The position numbers were made by a program, and so were the translations under genes. A DNA stretch of 62,956 nt, filler included. It is 3 parts of 3 records of this genome, joined end to end, with 100 filler letters (N's around TTAATTAATTAA, not from the genome) between each part and the next. Parts side by side here need not be neighbours in the genome. Positions count along the whole stretch, not along the records: positions 1 to 14,429 come from DRR723986_7995; positions 14,530 to 45,532 come from DRR723986_7996; 1 more part is not named here. One strand, written 5' to 3'. The notes below the pieces were generated by a model, which worked only from the letters and a program-made list of their open reading frames with translations, was not told the origin of the DNA and searched no databases. Position 1 is the first letter of the stretch. Every line of letters begins with the position of its first letter. Positions 11,163-21,263 of this stretch are shown here, piece by piece.

Positions 11163-12293
11163 TTATCCATCCTTGTCGGTTCGGAACCAATCGCTGGGGT
11201 CCTGTGGAATGTTGTCTTGTCTTACTTCTATATAGAGCGTTTCTGAGCGGTCAGTGCCAGTGCCTTCACGAAGGGGTGAGGATGACGTGCCTTGCGCCGC
11301 CTGACCACCCCCCATGAGACCAAGAGGGGTGCCTGCCGCGATCACCTCGCCGGTTTTGGCATAAACGACGTCCAGACCGGCCAGCACAAACAGCACATCG
11401 GCCTGTGGTTCAAGGATCACGACATTGCCCAGCTCCAGCAGTGGCCCCGTATAGCGGACGGTGGCGGCTGTTGGCGTCGTCACAATCGCCTGTGGCCGAG
11501 TGGCCAGGATGATACCGGGGCGTTTGACCCCCGCCGCATCCACATCACCGGCGCCATGCAGCACCAGGCCCTGCACAGGCAAGGGCAGATCGCCTGCCAT
11601 TCCGTCCAGTTTTGCCGGGGCTGGCGCGACCTCATTGGTGACGATCTCGGACAGGCCGCTGGCAAACCCGTCCAGCGTCTCGGTGGACGCGATCAGGATC
11701 GCAGTGCGCACGGGATCTTCGGTAAAGCGCAAAGGCAGGTCGGTGCGGTTTGCCATCGCTTCGTTCAGGGCGGTGCGGGCGGCTTGGACTTCGGTCAATC
11801 CATCCTGCAACCGCTTTGCCGCATCGGTTTGTAGCGCACGCAGGGTTTGCACATCCTCCAGATCGCGGCGCAGCCCGTCCGCACGGCGGTTCAATGCCGG
11901 CGTGAGTTCGGCCAGCAACATGCCGGCCCGCGCGGTTCCGGTTGGTCCACCAGGATGCAGCAAGGTGACGGGGGAGGGATTGCCGCCAATGCTTTGCAAT
12001 ACCCCCAAAAGCTGCGCCACCTCGCCATCACGCGCGTTGAGCTTGGTCGAAAGCTCCGCCTCTTTGATCGCGACACGGCGCAGTCCTTCGCGCATCGCAC
12101 CGAGACCTGTCTCAAACGCCTGTATCGTTTCAGTCAACGCCTTGACCCGGTCGCGGGCGCCATCGGCATCGTCAAGCAGGCCTGATGCCTCTTCCAATGC
12201 GGCAGAGGCCGCCCGCGCCTGATCCGCCGCATCGGTTTGCGCCAGACCGGCCATGGGCCAGAGCATCAGTGAAAGGAGGGCTGCGCGGATCAT
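11163..12293 (-). CDS. envC: Murein hydrolase activator EnvC family (coiled coil plus degenerate M23 domain)
   Basis: Signal peptide, coiled coil, LYIEVR..PQDP C-terminus; gpmI-envC-ctpA synteny; ATGA overlap with gpmI. Confidence 0.82.
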   Translation of the reverse strand: MIRAALLSLMLWPMAGLAQTDAADQARAASAALEEASGLLDDADGARDRVKALTETIQAFETGLGAMREGLRRVAIKEAELSTKLNARDGEVAQLLGVLQSIGGNPSPVTLLHPGGPTGTARAGMLLAELTPALNRRADGLRRDLEDVQTLRALQTDAAKRLQDGLTEVQAARTALNEAMANRTDLPLRFTEDPVRTAILIASTETLDGFASGLSEIVTNEVAPAPAKLDGMAGDLPLPVQGLVLHGAGDVDAAGVKRPGIILATRPQAIVTTPTAATVRYTGPLLELGNVVILEPQADVLFVLAGLDVVYAKTGEVIAAGTPLGLMGGGQAAQGTSSSPLREGTGTDRSETLYIEVRQDNIPQDPSDWFRTDKDG

Positions 12294-13807
12294 GAGATCA
12301 GGCATGCCCCCGTCATTTCGTCTGGTTGCTCCAATGCCATCAGGTGCAACAGCGTCGGCGCAAGATCGGCCAACCGCCCATCTGCAAGCTGCGCCCCGTC
12401 CGGCCCGCCAATCAGGGCCACCGGGACAGGGTTGAGGGTATGCGCGGTGTGCGCCCCACCGGTTTCGGGGTCGATCATCATTTCGCAATTGCCATGATCC
12501 GCCGTCAGCACCATTGCACCGCCCATCTTTTCCAGCGCGGCGCAGACCCGCGCCAGACCAGCATCCACCGCTTCGCAAGCCGCAATCGCCGCATCGAGAT
12601 CGCCTGTGTGGCCCACCATGTCAGGGTTGGCGTAGTTCACGACGATCAAATCATATCCATCCTCAATCGCTGCGACGAAACGATCAGTGACCTCTGCCGA
12701 TGACATTTCCGGCATCAGATCGTAGGTCGCCACGTCAGGCGATTTTGGCATAAAACGATCCTCGCCCGTTGATGGCGTTTCCTCACCACCGTTCAGGAAG
12801 AATGTCACATGGGGATATTTTTCCGTCTCGGCCAGTCGGAATTGGCGCAAGCCTTGCTTCGCCACCCAAGCGCCCAAAGTGTTGATGATCTCCGGCTTGG
12901 GATAGACCGTCGTCATATAGGTTGTGTGTTGGTCTGAATAGGCCGCCATGCCCATCAAGCCCGCCCAATTTGGGCGCTCGCCTGCATCAAATCCGTCAAA
13001 CGCCGGATCACCAAGAGCCGCCATAATTTCGCGCGCGCGATCGGCGCGGAAGTTGAGGCAGAAAAATCCGTCGCCGTCTTGCGCCCCTTTGTAGTCGTCA
13101 ATCACCGTGGCCTGCACAAATTCGTCATTCTCATCTCGTGCATAGGCGGCATCGACCGCGCTTTGTGCATCATCAGCCGCCAATCCCTGTCCACGGGCAA
13201 TGGCATCAAACGCCTTCTCAACACGGTCCCAACGGTTGTCACGGTCCATCGCGTAATAGCGGCCTGTCACAGTCACAACCTTGACCGCCTTCGGCAATGC
13301 CGCTTCAAGCGCTTCGAAAAACCCTTTGGCAGAGCGCGGCGCGACATCGCGGCCATCGGTCAAGGCGTGGATCACAACTGGCACGCCCGCGTCATCCAGC
13401 ACCTTTGCCGCCGCGATCATATGCGCCAGATGACCATGCACCCCACCATCAGACACCAAGCCCATCAGATGCGCCGTGCCGCCGCTGGCCGTCATCGCGG
13501 CGATGAAGTCCCCAAGCCGCTGGTTTTGTTCAAAGGTGCCTTCCTCGATGGCCAGATCAATCTGCCCCAGATCCATCGCCACTACGCGGCCCGCCCCAAT
13601 ATTGGTGTGCCCGACTTCGGAGTTGCCCATTTGCCCGCGCGGCAGGCCAACATCTGGCCCATGGGTGATCAAGGTCGCATTGGGACAATCGCGCATGATC
13701 CGGTCTACGGTGGGTGTTTTGGCCAAAAACGGCGCATTGCCGTCCTTCACATCGCTGAGCCCCCATCCGTCAAGGATGCACAATACCACGGGTTTTGGGG
13801 TTCTCAT
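12290..13807 (-). CDS. gpmI: 2,3-bisphosphoglycerate-independent phosphoglycerate mutase
   Basis: ILDGWG, MGNSEVGH, NPDMVGHTG and ADHGN motifs. Confidence 0.97.
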   Translation of the reverse strand: MRTPKPVVLCILDGWGLSDVKDGNAPFLAKTPTVDRIMRDCPNATLITHGPDVGLPRGQMGNSEVGHTNIGAGRVVAMDLGQIDLAIEEGTFEQNQRLGDFIAAMTASGGTAHLMGLVSDGGVHGHLAHMIAAAKVLDDAGVPVVIHALTDGRDVAPRSAKGFFEALEAALPKAVKVVTVTGRYYAMDRDNRWDRVEKAFDAIARGQGLAADDAQSAVDAAYARDENDEFVQATVIDDYKGAQDGDGFFCLNFRADRAREIMAALGDPAFDGFDAGERPNWAGLMGMAAYSDQHTTYMTTVYPKPEIINTLGAWVAKQGLRQFRLAETEKYPHVTFFLNGGEETPSTGEDRFMPKSPDVATYDLMPEMSSAEVTDRFVAAIEDGYDLIVVNYANPDMVGHTGDLDAAIAACEAVDAGLARVCAALEKMGGAMVLTADHGNCEMMIDPETGGAHTAHTLNPVPVALIGGPDGAQLADGRLADLAPTLLHLMALEQPDEMTGACLIS

Positions 13808-14034
13808 GCTGGGACTGCTCCGATTGCGCCTTGTTTTGTGGCCTTTTACCCCTTGGACGCGCCGGGGTGAACCATTTTCCTGCATGCGCTGTCAGATGCG
13901 CGGATTTTCAGCGGCGCTGCATCCATCCCGAGGCTTTTTGCCGCTGCCGGTTTGCCTGACAGCGGGTCTTGTTCTGACGCCCGGCATTGGGCATAAGAGA
14001 TCAGCATTCAGCCCTGAGCCAAGGACCGCAAGAC

Positions 14035-14214
14035 ATGAGCCAGCAAGCGCCCGAAACCCGGATCGTGAACACCTACCGCGTTGCCTGTGACGGCGGCGAA
14101 GGGGGGCTTGGCCATCCGCGTGTCTGGCTGCAAATCCCGCGCGACACCGGCTATGTCGAATGTGGCTATTGCGACTGCAAATACGTGCACAGCGATTTTG
14201 AAGGCAAAGTCTGA
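14035..14214 (+). CDS. Small zinc-finger (zf-CHCC, NDUFS6-like) protein
   Basis: [14 protein letters not shown]...CGYC motif. Confidence 0.88.
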   Translation: MSQQAPETRIVNTYRVACDGGEGGLGHPRVWLQIPRDTGYVECGYCDCKYVHSDFEGKV

Positions 14215-14348
14215 GCCAACTGGCAGACGCATGCTTGCGGCGCGGGCGCTGCGGCGTATTCTAAACATGACCAGACAGTGATGGCGCTTGCCCTAGGGCA
14301 GCGCCCGATGCGTCACGTCACACATAAACCTGCGAGAGGAAGCCATTC

Positions 14349-14429
14349 ATGTCCGGCACATTTGGCAAAGGCCACCACCTGCATCTGATTGACGGCTCTG
14401 CCTTTATCTTTCGCGCCTATCACGCCCTG
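14349..14429 (+). CDS. polA: DNA polymerase I, N-terminal fragment cut by the contig end
   Basis: MSGTFGKGHHLHLIDGSAFIFRAYHAL, the start of the 5'-3' exonuclease domain; GAGGA RBS. Confidence 0.9.
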
Positions 14430-14529
14430 NNNNNNNNNNNNNNNNNNNNNNNNNNNNNNNNNNNNNNNNNNNNTTAATTAATTAANNNNNNNNNNNNNNN
14501 NNNNNNNNNNNNNNNNNNNNNNNNNNNNN
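14430..14529. other. Artificial contig linker (N run with TTAATTAATTAA all-frame stop)
   Basis: 100-nt spacer; gene content differs on either side. Confidence 0.98.
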
Positions 14530-14533
14530 TGTG

Positions 14534-14640
14534 AGCCCTAAGGGCTGTGAGCCGGAAATATACGGGTCTTAAATTTTTGAGGCTGGGGTACCAGCCCTCC
14601 AGTCTTTGCTGCTGCGCGACTTCTGAATATCTTGGAGACT
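14534..14640. repeat. Partial copy of a dispersed palindromic (REP-like) element
   Basis: AGCCCTAAGGGCT, then TAAATTTTTGAG, then TTGGAGACT; the same three blocks occur in the same order at 27916-27970. Confidence 0.5.
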
Positions 14641-14701
14641 AATTGACTCAGCGGCCGGTCGCTGAACTGTTGAGGGCTCGGGCACCAGAAATCGAGTTTG
14701 T

Positions 14702-15277
14702 ATGTCGTCAAATTTTGCGTGGGACGTGCTGGCTGTCGCCGGTCCTTCCGGTGTTGGGAAATCGAGGCTCAGTTATCAATTGGCGCGGCACTTTGATGTG
14801 CCGCTCGTGGAAGTCGATGATCTGTTTCACGCCGTGGAAGCCACAAGCACGCCGGCGCAGCAGCCCTGGATCCACTACTGGCAGACCCATCCGCAAGCTG
14901 CCGAATGTACGGCTCAAGAGATTTTGACGCGGCACATCGAAGTCTGCCGCGCGATGTCACCCGCAATTGCAGCCGTGATCGACAATCACATTCGGACCAA
15001 GATGCCGGTGATTTTGGAGGGAGATTATATCCTGCCGGAGTTGATCGCTACGTTTCCGCAGCGCGTTAAAGCCGTGTTCCTAACCGAAGACAGTCAGGAG
15101 CAACTCATCCAAAACTTTCGCGAGCGTGAGCCCGGCCAGGGCGAGCAGCGCGGCCGCGCCGAAGTCAGCCACTTGTTCGGGCGCTGGCTGAGTGAGGAGT
15201 CTGATCGCTATTCGCTGAGGATATTACGTGCCAGGCCGTGGGAGACAGTCATGAAACGGGTCTGCCAACGGATGTGA
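14702..15277 (+). CDS. P-loop kinase-like protein (2-phosphoglycerate/nucleotide kinase-like)
   Basis: Walker A GPSGVGKS, VEVDD and VILEGDY. Confidence 0.75.
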   Translation: MSSNFAWDVLAVAGPSGVGKSRLSYQLARHFDVPLVEVDDLFHAVEATSTPAQQPWIHYWQTHPQAAECTAQEILTRHIEVCRAMSPAIAAVIDNHIRTKMPVILEGDYILPELIATFPQRVKAVFLTEDSQEQLIQNFREREPGQGEQRGRAEVSHLFGRWLSEESDRYSLRILRARPWETVMKRVCQRM

Positions 15278-15454
15278 TTCGGGTAAGAATTCTTAAATTT
15301 CTTCTCGAACGGAGGAGTGAGTAGTAAAAGACTACATGTTATCAATTTGCAGGATTCGATCTTGCTTGTTGAGCCGTTATGAAAATCCGGGGTGCCAATA
15401 TTTGGCAAGCCGATCTCCACTTGATCTCCAGAACCGCTGTTGTTAACTGTTAGT

Positions 15455-16339
15455 ATGAAACCAAAAATTACATTGCCTTCTGCCAGGGATCTAATGCAGC
15501 CGACTCTCCAAGTGCTTCACGTGCTGGGTGGTTCAGCCACTATAACGGAGATTGAGCAAGGGATTATTGAGTTCTGTAGAATTGCGAACAAGGAGGCAGA
15601 AGCCTTACATGCATCCGCTGGGTCAGGTACAAGAACCGAGCTTGGATATAGATTGGCGTGGGCTCGAACGGCTCTTAAGAATGCTGGTTTTGTCTCAAAT
15701 TCGGAGAGAGGGATCTGGAATCTGACAGCTCAAGGGCGTTCATCATTGAGTTTGGATTCGGCCGCTGTTATTAATCTAGTTAGCAGGAACCGAAGATCAA
15801 GAGGCATTGAGCCGAAGAAAAGATCGGCCAGAAAAATTAGCGAAGCAGAGATTGTCAATGAAATAGACTTGGATGCTGCCTGGAAGGTCACTTTGTCAAA
15901 AACACTTCAGAAAATGGATCCGATTGCATTTGAGAGACTCGCTCAAAGGCTTTTGCGAGAGTCTGGATTTGAGTCTGTGACTGTCACAAGTCCGTCAAAT
16001 GATAGCGGAATTGATGGATATGGAGACTACCTGTTTGATGGCCTCTTGAGATTTCACGTGCAATTTCAGTGCAAGCGATACACCAGGCGTGCGGTTGGTG
16101 CACCTGATATCCGTGACTTCCGCGGTTCAATCGGGGGGCACACCGACAAAGCTCTTTTCATTACTACCTCTAGATTTACGAAAGCAGCGAAGGAGGAGTC
16201 TCAAAGGGCTGGAGTTATGCCGATTGAGTTAATCGACGGAGAAAAACTTGCCACGCGTCTCAAATCCTTAAAGTTGGGAGTACACGTAGAGATGGTTGAG
16301 CAGATTTCAATTGATCATAACTTTTTCGAGAGTCTCTAA
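15455..16339 (+). CDS. mrr: Mrr-family type IV (modification-dependent) restriction endonuclease
   Basis: Mrr_N winged helix (YRLAWARTALK...RGIW) plus catalytic FERL...DSGIDG...QCKRY...FITTSRFT...LIDG. Confidence 0.92.
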   Translation: MKPKITLPSARDLMQPTLQVLHVLGGSATITEIEQGIIEFCRIANKEAEALHASAGSGTRTELGYRLAWARTALKNAGFVSNSERGIWNLTAQGRSSLSLDSAAVINLVSRNRRSRGIEPKKRSARKISEAEIVNEIDLDAAWKVTLSKTLQKMDPIAFERLAQRLLRESGFESVTVTSPSNDSGIDGYGDYLFDGLLRFHVQFQCKRYTRRAVGAPDIRDFRGSIGGHTDKALFITTSRFTKAAKEESQRAGVMPIELIDGEKLATRLKSLKLGVHVEMVEQISIDHNFFESL

Positions 16340-16370
16340 ATCGTATATTGACCCAATCTTGCCTTGCCCC

Positions 16371-16420
16371 AAAAAACAACAATCCCGCGCCGAAGTGATT
16401 CGACGCGGGATTGTGTTTTT
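16371..16420. terminator. Bidirectional intrinsic terminator between mrr and groEL
   Basis: ACAATCCCGCG...CGCGGGATTGT stem flanked by A and T runs. Confidence 0.8.
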
Positions 16421-16446
16421 CTGACGAAAAGAAAGCTGGGCTACGC

Positions 16447-18120
<1,674 letters not shown>

Positions 18121-18251
18121 TCAATTACTAACAAAAAAATGCCAAGGGAGCCAGACCGCTCATGCGGGGTGAGCTCTAAATACCGAACGACGGTAGTGTA
18201 CCACGGCTATATGAGACCGATCCTGAGATTGCACGGAGCCAGACAGCAAAA

Positions 18252-18539
18252 TTAGCTGTTGACGATGGCCAGGATGTCGCTTTCGCGCATGATCAGATAC
18301 TCGGAACCTTCGATTTGAACTTCGGTGCCGGAGTATTTACCGTAAAGTACCGTGTCGCCAGGTTTGACCTGAGGAGAGACAGTTTTGCCGTCTTCGTTTT
18401 TACCAGGGCCAACTGCGATTACTTCACCTTGTTGCGGCTTTTCCTGTGCGGTGTCAGGCAGGATAATCCCACCTTTTGTCACTTCCTCGGGTGCCGAGGC
18501 TTTGACGATGACGCGATCATGCAAAGGCGTCAGACTCAT
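18252..18539 (-). CDS. groS: Co-chaperonin GroES
   Basis: PLHDRV, GGIILPD, KYSGTEV and ESDILA. Confidence 0.99.
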   Translation of the reverse strand: MSLTPLHDRVIVKASAPEEVTKGGIILPDTAQEKPQQGEVIAVGPGKNEDGKTVSPQVKPGDTVLYGKYSGTEVQIEGSEYLIMRESDILAIVNS

Positions 18540-18611
18540 AGTAGTCCTCCAAAAACTTGGATGGGTAATAGTGTTCTATTTTTGTGCCATAACGCGTGGC
18601 GTTGATGGCTA

Positions 18612-18638
18612 TTAGCACTCAACGCTTGTGAGTGCTAA
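18612..18638. promoter_or_regulatory. CIRCE element (HrcA operator)
   Basis: Perfect TTAGCACTC-N9-GAGTGCTAA upstream of groES. Confidence 0.95.
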
Positions 18639-19000
18639 CGGTGGCATTTGACGAATGGGCATAAATGATTATTGGAAGTAAATTGTGCAGCTGATCAAAA
18701 AAAATTGATTGGTCAAAAAACACTACCTTTTGTAGCGGCGCTGTTATTTGTGTGTTCGGGCTATGTCGGTCATTATGTACCGATGTTTTCGATTTTTTTT
18801 GGGGTGTGGCAGTAGTGGATTAATTTTGTGCCTGACATCAGGGGGCATGCGCCGGTTATTATGAGAAGTGATACGTTTTTTTGTGTCTTCTTTTCTAAGC
18901 CCTGTTGGCTTCCGGCAGAATCTACTCGTGAAGGCCCACGTTTCTACAGTGTGACTCCGCAGTGACTGGGCGTCACACGTTTGCGAAAAAGGACTCTTCT

Positions 19001-20218
19001 GTGACAGGATCGCGCATACTCTTTTGCACACCCAGGTTTCCGTATCCGCTGATTGGCGGTGACCGGATCAAATCGTACCATATGCTGCTGCATCTGGCGC
19101 GCAATAATGACGTGCACCTGGTAACGTTTTCACATGGCAACACGGCCGACCCAAAGGATGTTGCTGCAATTGAAGCATTGGGAGTTAAGGTTCACACCAT
19201 AGCCCTGAGCCCGATGCGAGCCGGGCTGCGTTCGATTGAAACGCTGTACACCGACCGGCCACTTGAGATTACCTTTTATACTCAACCAGAATTCCGCGCC
19301 GTAGTGGACGATTTGTGTGAGCGCATCAACTTTGATGTGGGCATTGCTTTTTTTATGCGAACCGCCGAATATCTGCGTGGCAAGTCCTTCCACAAAGTCC
19401 TGGTGGCGGAAGACTGCCGCGAATTATACCAGTTGCGCTCCTTTGAAAGCAGCCGCAAGTTGCTGCAGCGCATGATTCGCTGGTGGGAAGTGCGCAAGCT
19501 GCGGCGTTATGAGCCGGAAGTAGTGCGGCACTTTAACACGACAACTTTTGTGACGCAGACGGATATCGACGCGATGCGCAAGAGCAATCCGGATGCGGAC
19601 TACCAGCTGCTGACCAATGGCGTGGATCTGGAAGAATTTGCCTTTGAGCCGCGCCAGGAACATCGCGACGGCGTGCTGTTTTTTGGCAAGCTGGACGTGT
19701 GGGCCAACCATATGATGGTGGCACACATTGCTGAGACTATTCGCCCGCTCATCAAACGTGAGGCGCCCGAGACGCAGTTCCGCATTGTGGGTTCGCGTCC
19801 TAAAGAACTTGAGCAGCGCTATTCCGCTGACGACTTCCACTTTTTTGCCGACGTGCCCGATATTCGCGAGTACGTCAACCGTTCGGCCGTCTTTTTGCAT
19901 CCGCATAGCGGCGCGTCCGGTATTCAGAATAAAGTTTTACAAGCCATGAGCATGGGCTGTCCGGTCGTCACCACACCAACGGGCATCCAGGGGATCGAAG
20001 CTGAACATGGCGAACATGCTTTGATTGGTCATTCGGAGCAGGAGATGGCGCAGCATTGTGTGCGTCTGCTGCAGGATCCGGAGTTGCGCGAGCGTCTGGC
20101 GCGCAATGCACGTGCCATGATTGAGCGGACGCATTCCTGGGCTTTGGTCTTTCAGCAGCTGGACGGCGTTCTGGCTCCGGTGCAGAAGCCGGCTAAAAAC
20201 GAACACTCGCCATCCTGA
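19001..20218 (+). CDS. Glycosyltransferase family 4
   Basis: RFPYPLIGGD N-terminus and GIQNKVLQAMSMGCPVV GT-B motif; GTG start at 19001 (18962 is an alternative). Confidence 0.88.
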   Translation: MTGSRILFCTPRFPYPLIGGDRIKSYHMLLHLARNNDVHLVTFSHGNTADPKDVAAIEALGVKVHTIALSPMRAGLRSIETLYTDRPLEITFYTQPEFRAVVDDLCERINFDVGIAFFMRTAEYLRGKSFHKVLVAEDCRELYQLRSFESSRKLLQRMIRWWEVRKLRRYEPEVVRHFNTTTFVTQTDIDAMRKSNPDADYQLLTNGVDLEEFAFEPRQEHRDGVLFFGKLDVWANHMMVAHIAETIRPLIKREAPETQFRIVGSRPKELEQRYSADDFHFFADVPDIREYVNRSAVFLHPHSGASGIQNKVLQAMSMGCPVVTTPTGIQGIEAEHGEHALIGHSEQEMAQHCVRLLQDPELRERLARNARAMIERTHSWALVFQQLDGVLAPVQKPAKNEHSPS

Positions 20219-20310
20219 TACATTAGATGTGTTGCCTGGAGTAGTCGTGATCTGGGGCACAGGTGTTTTGGCCATTGCCTTTCCAACCATTTATTTATCT
20301 GAGTCCGAGC

Positions 20311-20856
20311 ATGCACAATGGGGCCGCGGTATTTTTTGATCGTGATGGCGTTGTCAACCGCAGAATTGTGGGCGGCTATGTACGCAGTGCGGCAGAATTT
20401 GATTTGTTAGCCGGATTTACTGATGTCTTAGAGCTGGTGCAGGCGCGCGGATATCGTGCGATCATCATCACAAATCAGCAGGGCGTGGGCAAGGGTTTGA
20501 TGGATTTGGCGGATTTGGAGCGGGTGCACCGGCATTTGCAGGGTTTGGCGCAGGCACATGCGGCGCAGGTGTTTGACGGTTTGTATTCGTGTACTACATT
20601 GGCGGCTGATGCGGCGAATGCGCGCAAACCGTCGCCACATATGCTGGCGCTGGCGCAGCGGCGCTGGAACCTGGATATAGGCCGCAGCTGGATGATTGGG
20701 GACAGTTCGACTGATATTCTTGCGGGTCGTGCGGCCGGGGCTTCAACGATTGGTATACATATGTATGAGTCTGCAGAGGTGATTGAGACGGCCAGGCCGG
20801 ATTATGTCACTGGGGATCTGGCAGGCTTATTAGAGGTCTTAAAGGCCAATCTTTGA
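20311..20856 (+). CDS. gmhB: HAD-IIIA phosphatase, GmhB/HisB-like
   Basis: DRDGVVN, TNQQG, RKPSP and MIGD motifs. Confidence 0.75.
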   Translation: MHNGAAVFFDRDGVVNRRIVGGYVRSAAEFDLLAGFTDVLELVQARGYRAIIITNQQGVGKGLMDLADLERVHRHLQGLAQAHAAQVFDGLYSCTTLAADAANARKPSPHMLALAQRRWNLDIGRSWMIGDSSTDILAGRAAGASTIGIHMYESAEVIETARPDYVTGDLAGLLEVLKANL

Positions 20857-20983
20857 TCATTCAAGATTCGTGCCAGTATTTCGCCTTGTAATGCCGTTTC
20901 CGAAAATGTTACAGGATTTGTTCCGAAATGGGCATCTCAGCGGAAAAATTCACATTCCAAGGCAAACAAAGCGAATTTTCAGT

Positions 20984-21011
20984 TAAAGTTTCCCACACTC
21001 AATGCCGACTC
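20984..21011 (+). promoter_or_regulatory. Possible sigma28 (FliA/SigD)-type promoter
   Basis: TAAAGTTT-N12-GCCGACTC; spacer is one nt longer than the canonical TAAA-N15-GCCGATAA and the -10 is imperfect. Confidence 0.4.
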
Positions 21012-21161
21012 TTGGTGGTGTACGGGCATAACGCATGTTGTGCAAGAGGAATAGCCGTCGGCTGACGCTTCGATTTAGCTCCACTTCCGGGGACGAAAAA
21101 CAGCAGACCAATAGCGCGACGGCAAAACACACAAACAGCATCTTAGAGGGAGTTACACAAC

Positions 21162-21263
21162 ATGCGCATCGCTACAGGCGAACCTGGACATACCAAATGG
21201 CAATACAATGAAGCATCCACAGGACGTGGGTTAATGAATCACTTTTCACGGAGGACCGTATGA
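21162..21263 (+). CDS. Putative 33-aa leader ORF coupled to the giant T9SS gene
   Basis: AGAGGGAG RBS, MRIATGEPGHTKWQYNEASTGRGLMNHFSRRTV, TGA stop overlapping the downstream ATG (ATGA at 21260-21263). Confidence 0.4.
   Translation: MRIATGEPGHTKWQYNEASTGRGLMNHFSRRTV

Noticed and set aside
14474-14485. TTAATTAATTAA palindrome (also at 45577-45588)
   Set aside because: It is a synthetic all-frame stop inside N padding.
20958-21130. GGCAAAC and GGGACG motifs suggesting a c-di-GMP-I riboswitch
   Set aside because: The spacing and the GNRA-capped P2 stem do not fit; an Infernal scan would settle it.
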